A stretch of 56,296 bases of DNA, taken from positions 1 to 56,296 of the forward strand of contig DAOWHJ010000038.1 in NCBI GenBank assembly GCA_030641485.1. Direction: 5' to 3'. Below, one piece after another: positions 43,757-51,700 of the stretch. The translations under genes were made by a program, and so were the position numbers. The DNA is from Pseudomonadota bacterium (GTDB lineage: Bacteria; Desulfobacterota; Anaeroferrophillalia; Anaeroferrophillales; Tharpellaceae). Positions within the stretch are counted from its first letter, which is position 1. Each line of letters begins with the position of its first letter. The notes beneath the pieces were generated by a model, which saw nothing but the letters and a program-made list of their open reading frames with translations, did not search any database and was not told the origin of the DNA.

Positions 43757-44821
43757 ATGAAGCAGGAACTTAATCGTCAAATAGTATCATATCTCAAACA
43801 AAATCAGCCGCTAAGCCAACCTAGTGAGTTTCAAGTTTCACCCCTGAGCCCAGATGGTTCCGACCGGATCTATTACCGAATCACAGCACCTAGAGTTGCA
43901 TCTTTTATTGCAACCGATGCCAGCGGCTGTAGCCGCAAAGAGGTGCCAACCGGCTTAAGTCAAAACAACTCTTTCAGGATCATTCAACAACATCTTGAAA
44001 AATTGGGTTTCCCGGTACCAAAATTTCTTGCCCCCAAATTTGCTAATGACGAGCTCTACCTTTTGCAAGACTTGGGCAATATAACGCTTTATAATTTTGT
44101 CAAGCAACATGGCTGGTGCAACAAAACAATTGCGATCTATCGCAATGTACTCACTTTGTTACTGCGTCTGCAAACTGAGGCGGCAGAGACCTTTAATCCG
44201 GATTGGGCTTATGCGGGGGGATTTTACAACCACGAATTGATAGTTGAGCGTGAACTTAATTACTTTCTGAAAGCATTTATAATTGATTACTGCAAAATCA
44301 AGGTCAATGACAGTGAGCGCACCCTACTTACTACTGAATTTACACTCCTTGCAGATAGTGCGATGCAAGCCCCGGCAAATTTTTTCCTTTATCGCGATTT
44401 TCAGTCAAAAAACCTGATGTTACATAGGGGAGAAATATTCCTGATTGATTTTCAGGGCGCTCGTTTGGGCCCCTGCTATTACGATCTTGCGGCCCTCATC
44501 AACGACCCCTACACCGAAATCCCGCTGACATTGCGCAGCGAATTAAAAGAGCACTTTTTCGCCGAGCTTAAAGTTGTTGAGGGAAAAGCTGTGCCCGAGA
44601 TGACAACCTTCGATCACTATTTTTCTATCTTTTCTCTGATTCGCACCCTGCAAACCTTAGGCGCGTTCGGCTACCTAAGCCAACGCGGCAAAAAACATTT
44701 TACTCAATACATCAGACCGGCACTGACAAATTTGGACTACTACCTTAGCAAACTTAACCATGACAACCAAAACTTCAACCTTAGTATTTTAGGCTCAATC
44801 TGTAACAAAGTTGAACTTTGA
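43757..44821 (+). CDS. Aminoglycoside-phosphotransferase (APH/choline-kinase) fold kinase (354 aa), possible BluE-like L-threonine kinase
   Basis: APH-type catalytic region LYRDFQSKNLMLHRGEIFLIDFQGARLGPCYYDLAALI (Brenner and DFQ/DxD-like motifs). The cobamide gene neighbourhood supports the functional guess. Confidence 0.6.
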   Translation: MKQELNRQIVSYLKQNQPLSQPSEFQVSPLSPDGSDRIYYRITAPRVASFIATDASGCSRKEVPTGLSQNNSFRIIQQHLEKLGFPVPKFLAPKFANDELYLLQDLGNITLYNFVKQHGWCNKTIAIYRNVLTLLLRLQTEAAETFNPDWAYAGGFYNHELIVERELNYFLKAFIIDYCKIKVNDSERTLLTTEFTLLADSAMQAPANFFLYRDFQSKNLMLHRGEIFLIDFQGARLGPCYYDLAALINDPYTEIPLTLRSELKEHFFAELKVVEGKAVPEMTTFDHYFSIFSLIRTLQTLGAFGYLSQRGKKHFTQYIRPALTNLDYYLSKLNHDNQNFNLSILGSICNKVEL

Positions 44822-44832
44822 ATGGGAATTCC

Positions 44833-45738
44833 ATGCAACCATTAAGTATTCACATCGACCCAACCCGTTGCAACGGCTGTAAAATTTGTGTCAATATATG
44901 TCCGGCGCGGGCCTTTAATGTTATTGATAAAAAAGCTGTACTTACAGGAAGTTGCTCATTCGCCTGCGACCATTGTGCCGCAGCCTGCCCGCAATCTGCA
45001 ATTAGCGTTGAGTTTGTTGCCTCTGAGACTTTTGACTTTACGAGTTCCCCCAACGACCAAGGTCAAAACAGCTCGGACACTCCCATCAGCCTGCCATCAC
45101 TGGTTTTGCTTATGCGGTCACGACGCTCATGCAGGCTTTATCAGAAAAAAAGCGTCGAAAAAAATATTTTAGAGGACCTTGTTAAAATTGCCATAACCGC
45201 ACCATCTGGCACCAACAGTCAAAAATGGACATTCTCGATTATTGACAACCGTAACCGGGTAATTAAATTTGGAGCCGAGATTGCGGCCTACTTCCGGAAA
45301 TTAAATCGCCAAGCTGAATTGGCATGGCTCCGTAAAACCCTGAAATTTTGCGGTCGACCAGAACTCGATTTCTACTTCAAGGAATATTTTGAATCAGTCA
45401 ATGATGGGCTCAATTTATGGTATGAAAAAGGTGAGGACCACCTCTTTCACGGTGCTAGCGCGACTATAATCATTGGAGCCCATCCCGGTGCCAGTTGCCC
45501 CCAAGACGATGCTCTTTTAGCAACCCAAAACATCCTGCTCGCCGCTGAGAATATGGGCCTCGGTACCTGCTTAATCGGCTTTGCCGTCGAAGCTATGCGC
45601 CGCGACCGCAAGATCCAGACAACCCTGAATATTCCGACCCACGAAAAAATCTACTCAGTCATCGCCTTAGGCTATCCCGAAATTGCTTTTCAACGCCCGA
45701 CTGCCCGCCGGAAAATCAACATTAACTGGGTAGACTAA
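44833..45738 (+). CDS. 2x[4Fe-4S] ferredoxin domain fused to nitroreductase-family domain (301 aa)
   Basis: CNGCKICVNICP and CDHCAAACP cluster motifs are followed by a nitroreductase pattern (RRSCRLY...APSGTNSQKW...LATQNILLAAENMGLGTC). The alternative TTG start at 44818 would overlap the upstream stop by 4 nt. Confidence 0.75.
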   Translation: MQPLSIHIDPTRCNGCKICVNICPARAFNVIDKKAVLTGSCSFACDHCAAACPQSAISVEFVASETFDFTSSPNDQGQNSSDTPISLPSLVLLMRSRRSCRLYQKKSVEKNILEDLVKIAITAPSGTNSQKWTFSIIDNRNRVIKFGAEIAAYFRKLNRQAELAWLRKTLKFCGRPELDFYFKEYFESVNDGLNLWYEKGEDHLFHGASATIIIGAHPGASCPQDDALLATQNILLAAENMGLGTCLIGFAVEAMRRDRKIQTTLNIPTHEKIYSVIALGYPEIAFQRPTARRKININWVD

Positions 45739-45770
45739 TAAATTACTTACCTGCCAACAAAAACTTGTTG

Positions 45771-48700
45771 CTATTGCCTGCGCCGTAATACTGTCAACGC
45801 TGCCAATAGCAACAAGCTGCTCGAGATAATCATCCCCCACTCATTGAGAGTTGGAATGGCCTCACTGCTGACCAATGGAATATTATTGTTTAGAATCAGA
45901 GGTGTGGTATCCTGAATATTGATGATCAGATACCACTCATTATCGGCACAGGAATAAGCCGCCAGATGTCCAGTGGTACCATCTTCACCACTCCCAAGGA
46001 CCAGAGGATTGGGGATGCTATTCGCCGTCAGGCTTCCAGAAACAGCGCAGCCTGAGTTATCTACAACATATCCGACTGGAGGCGTAACGGTTATCGTGTA
46101 GGTTCCGGTTTGATCGACAGTAAACTGATAGTATCCATCGGCACCATTTCTACCGGAAACAAAGATTGCATTGCCGGAACCGCTGACGGAAACACTTCCT
46201 CCAACTATAATCTCCCCGGTAGATGAGTCGTAAAAATAGCCGGTAGGATCGTAATCATTAGAGTCGTTAAAACCATCACCATCGCGATCGCCGGTGCCTT
46301 CCAACACATCACTTACTCCATCACCATCGCTATCGAGATCATTATCATTATTAGTTAAATATTTGTCGCCAGGGTTATTGCCATTATAATCGGTATCATC
46401 TGAAACCGCCGGTCCGATCACAACCGTATAAGCGACATCACCATCATACAGGTCATCATTTACGCCAGTTACGGTTACGGTCTGAACTGTACCCCAGTTA
46501 GTTGGCGTAAAACTAAGGCTTGTCGATGAAACAGCTCCTTCAGATGTATCGCTACTGCTCACAGGAATAACCACGTTGTTTGTTGGTTCAGAATCCAACA
46601 CCACAGTAAAGGTTGCAGTCGCGCCACCTTCATTGGTAGTTGTGGAGCTTAAAGCACCGATACTTATGCCGACATCTACACCAATTCCGGTAATAGTTAA
46701 ATCATATGGATTCTCATCGCTATCACTGTTATCTATGGATATTGCAGCAGTTTTGATGCCGGCAGAAGTCGGGGTAAAACGTACCGTGAATGCAGTAGTC
46801 CCGCTAGCCCCAACCGTAGAAGTCGGCTGGGCCTGGATGCTGAACTGATCAGCGTTTACACCAACAAAGGTTAAAGGAGTAGTGATTGTCAGAGGTGCGG
46901 TGCCAGCGTTTTCAACGGTAAAAGTTACGTCTGTATCAGAGCTCGTTGCCTGATTACCAAAGTCAAGAGTGTCACCGTCAGCGAAGTTGTTGCCGTCGTA
47001 TCTGAGATCCATCTCAGGAGCCAACGTGGTAAACATCTGATTTTCACCGTAAGAGGTTCCGGTACTATTGGTAGCGTAAGCCCTGACGTAGTAGGTAGTA
47101 CCGGGCAATAAAGTGGTAATATCTGAAGTAAATGCACCGGCTAATGAAGTTACACCTTCATCGCTATGGCTGTCAGTTACTACAGGGTTGCTTGATGTAC
47201 TCCAACATACTCCATGAGCATTTGGATGAGGCTCACTCAGACTTGTGATGTTACCATTTCCGGTTGCTGTGGTGCTAGCAATATCGGTTACAACTTGAGT
47301 AGTTACGATTGAGGCTGTAGAGTCTGTAATAAATGTCTGGTCGGCGCCATTAGTGGTACCTGCACCGTTTACGCCAATCACCCGGTAATGGTAAGTGGTA
47401 TTGGGGGTAAGGCCGGTGATTAGCCTACTTACTGAACCAGAGCACATACCTATTACCGGACTCGTTTCAGCCTCGATACTGCTACTATAGCTAATATCAA
47501 GACCATACTCAAAAGTCACAATTGTACTACTGTTGCAGGCATTGACGCTACCGTTTAAAGTAGCGCTGCCACTGCTTAGATTGCTGACGGTATCGGTCGT
47601 CACCGTTGGCACATTCGACACATTAACGCTAGATTCACTGGCGGAGTTATCCGCAGCGTCACACTCACAAACCTCGTTATCTGGATCAATTTCAGCCGTA
47701 AAGATGCAATCGTCACTACAGTCACTGATGTAGTTGAAGATTAGATTCCGGGACTCCCCCGGAATCAGGTCAATAGTTTGATCGGTGAAAGTGATGCCGC
47801 AGTTACTGGTGACACGTACCAACACATCTTCGATCTCCGTGGCCCCTGTACCAATAACATTGACAGTGACCTCTCCTGACACCTTCTCATTGTCAAGACA
47901 GGTAATTGCAAGGGTGAGATCGTTTACCGTAAGATTGATGTTCGTGTGGTTGCTGGCAGGACGGTATAGTGCAACTCCAGAACTGTTGCTCAGACCGGTT
48001 ATTACGTCATCAAAGCCGGAGCCATCAAAACCCACGGATCGGATACTTGAGCTATTTGTACTAAAGTAGATGAGGTTTTCTGCCTCATCCAGATCCAGAA
48101 ACCTTACATCAGCACCTAATCCGACCCTAACATCTTCCAGGTTTGATCCGTCCAAATCAGACTTTTGGATTTTTCCGGAGCCGGGATCGGAAAAGTACAT
48201 TTTCAGACCCATAAGATCCAGAGAGAGACCGAGAGGGGTACTTAATCCAGCCCCAATCAAGATCTCCTGGTTGGTTCCGTCAAGATCAGCGCGCCAGAGC
48301 TCTCCATCAGCAGGTTCAGTCCAGTAGAGTTTATTAGCACCAACATCCAGGGCTAGTCCTCCGACATCTGACATCCCTGAAAGTAGCGTTTCCTGATTGG
48401 CACCGTTTAGATCTGTCGAGTAAATGGCGTTATCACCATTATCCGTCCAGTATATTTTCCCGCCGGTCGAATCCAGAGCGATATCCAGGGGTGACGTGAG
48501 AGCTGAAACCAGAGTATGAACATTTAACCCATCCAGATCGGATTGCTGAATGGTTCCCGCAGCACCGTTCACCCAGTATAGTTTAGCATGGGTTTCATCC
48601 ACGGCGACACCTTGAGGTTCGTCCACCCCTAAGGCCGCATCAGCCACATCTTCCAGAGAAGATCCGTCCCGATTTGCCCGCTGAGTTACTTGGCCGGTGC

Positions 48701-51700
48701 TATCAGACCAGTAAAGCTTGACCTGGTATGGTGGGGTTGTTTCCAGGCGCGTGTTGTTAGAGCCATCACTTTCACAGACATCATTAGCGACATCTGCGGT
48801 TGCCGTAAATTGACAATCGGCAAGACTGCAGTTGGCCCCGGCACCAGTGAGATTAAAGTTTAAAGTAGCGCTCGCTCCAGCCGCCAGAGAGGCCACACTT
48901 GCATTAGCGAAAGTAAGGCCGTTATTTGCGGTTAAACTCACCTGAAAAGTGGATGCGGTTGCGCCACCCAGGTTTTGCACATCAACGTCTACAGATCCGG
49001 AAATAGCATCATCGCTGCAACCAAGATCATCAAAATCGATGCTCGTGATTTGCAGATCTGGAATTTGGGCCGTGTACGCTGTCCCGGTAAAAGTGTTGTC
49101 AGATTCATTGCACTCACACTCCGTCCCACCGCTATCCACTTCGGCGGTAATGGTGTATGAGGTATCGTAATCAGGACTCCAGGTGCTGGTGTCGATAGTC
49201 ACATCGGCAAAAGCATTGGCAGCAATGCTAGCCCCCGTGTAAGTGCCAGAGCCGGACCAGCCATTGCCATCACCAGTGACATTAACCGTGAAATTTTCAG
49301 AGCAGACACCATCTCCCTGATTCTGGACCCGCACAATAATAGTTCCAGAGCAATCCCCATCTCCGTTACAGGTAATTTCCGGCGTAATTTCAGTGGTCAC
49401 CAGGTTGGGCAGCAGCAGGGTGGCAGCGACAGCTTCAACCCAAGTCCCAACAGTGCAGCCATAGGCTTGGGTGGTTGGATCTCCGTCCGAGGCCTCTCCT
49501 CCAACTCCGCAGGCCCATATAGCACGGACATGGTTCTGTCGCAGGTTGCCAGCACAATCATCCTGGCTGGGGAGATTATCAGGATTTAGCGTACCAACCA
49601 GAGTAAACACCGCCGTGCCACCTCCGGCTGCCAAATTATTGATCTCCCATCCGTACACACCGCCACCCATATCTACAGGATCACTCGACTCCCCGGTTCT
49701 GACATCAATCCAGGTGCCCGGCATATCCTCTACCCGCACTACCTGAGCATTGCCAGAACCATTGTTGGTGACCGTGATCGACCAGGATTGTTGGGCTCCG
49801 CAATCAACCTGACTTAAAGTTGGAGTTTGAGTAACGCTTAAACTTGGAGCTAAAGCAGTAAGCGATTGGGTTTTGGTAACACTATACTGAGCATTGTCAC
49901 AGCAATCATAATAGTAGAGGTCAAGTTTCAGGTCTGCAGTGGTGTAGCAGGCACTCTGTACATTAAATCGTAACACCAGGGTATCGTTACCCCCATCTGC
50001 TTGAATCGTATCAGCGATATTGTTGCCCTTGTCCCAAATGTCACGCCAGGTGAGTACCGAACCGACAATAGCAGGATTTGCTATGCCTGCAAGTAAGCCG
50101 GTAGCACTGATCTGGTCGGTACTCAAACCACTATGGGAGGAGTTGTCATAGGTCAAGCCAGAGGGTAAAGTGATGACACAGTCCACATCGCTGGCATCGA
50201 CGAGTCCGGAATTTTCTATGATTACAGTTAATTCTGCAGAGCTGTCACAAGCATTGATAGCGGTGGGATTCATCACAACCGAGACGACGTTCATATCCGG
50301 TTCACGGGTTTCGGTGCGTTCGTCGGTAAATCCAGGAACGCTAAGACAGAGCGTATTATCCGGGGCATCCTGTCCGGGCTTGGTTGTTGAACTTCCATCT
50401 GAAGAACCGCAACCCCAATAGGCGGTTACGCTATTGCTCAGATCTGAACTGCATGAGGCATTGGCTATGGCATTTAAGGTCAGGATCGCAGTGGCGCCAT
50501 GGGGAAGATTGTTTAATTCCCAAGCTACCATTTGTCCGACATTGGTGCCGTTATCAGAAGTATAGGTCGGGTCACCAGCAGAAGAATCGAAAGTAAAGGC
50601 GGCACCGAGACTCTCCTCTACCCATATTAGGGGTAGCGTGTAGCCGCTTTGGTTAGTTACATTGATAGACCACTGGAGACTCTCACCACAATTAACAGGT
50701 GTATCAGCTCGGGTTAGTTGAACCTCAATAACCGGGGTATTAAAACTTGCGGTAAAGGTTCTGGGAGTAGTGTGAAAAAAATCCGCACAGGGATTCTCAT
50801 ATTGAGTTGATACCGTAATATCACCACCATTAAAGGGGCAGTCAAAGGCTAAACCGAACTCAATTTCAATCGTGTCACCGGGATCGACGCTTGCGAGAGC
50901 GGGAATTTGTGTACTACTCCAGACCAACGGGGAATTTGTCGAACTGGGATCGTAGATCGCATTAGGACCGTTCCAGGATCCACTATTTATACGCCAGCGA
51001 GTGCTGCCGGAAACGTAGCTTAAGTTGAAGGGCAGGGTTTCAGTTACCCTTAAATTATAGACTGTAACCTGAGCGCTATTTCTGAGGCTGATCAGCCCCA
51101 CTAATGGGCTGGAACAGGCTTCCACGCCAGCGGCAGGATTGATGGTAGTCGTGTTAATCAAGTTGGGGACGGGATTCGTGACGACGGAGCTATCTGTCAC
51201 ATCGCTCTGGCAATCCCCAGAAAGACAGCCCCAATTGGCAGTTACATTATTTGTCAGGTTATTGCAATCTGTCTGCTTTGCAATAAAAGTAATCTGGCGG
51301 CGCTCTCCGGCGGCCATAGAGGTGATCTCCACGGATGCACCTTTAATAGCCCCTCCATCATGACCCAATGAATCATTAATGGTTACTCCGGACATATTAT
51401 CCACGACCACCGGATTGACACCGTGCTCGTACATGAGACCGCTACCGAGCTCATCATCCATCCAGACGTTGTAAGCGGTGCCGGTACCGCGGTTGGTGAG
51501 GTAGATTTCCCACTGCACACGGTTGCTGTCAGCATAATAAATCTCCGGGGTTTTCTCGATCAATAAATCTCCACTCAACAACAGGACTGGAGTTTCAGAG
51601 GCAACTGTGGAACAGATTTCGTCAGAGGTCGTGTCGTCGCTACAGAGATCATCATAGTAAACGGTGGCTTTGAGTTCGCCGTTACCACCACAACGTTTTT

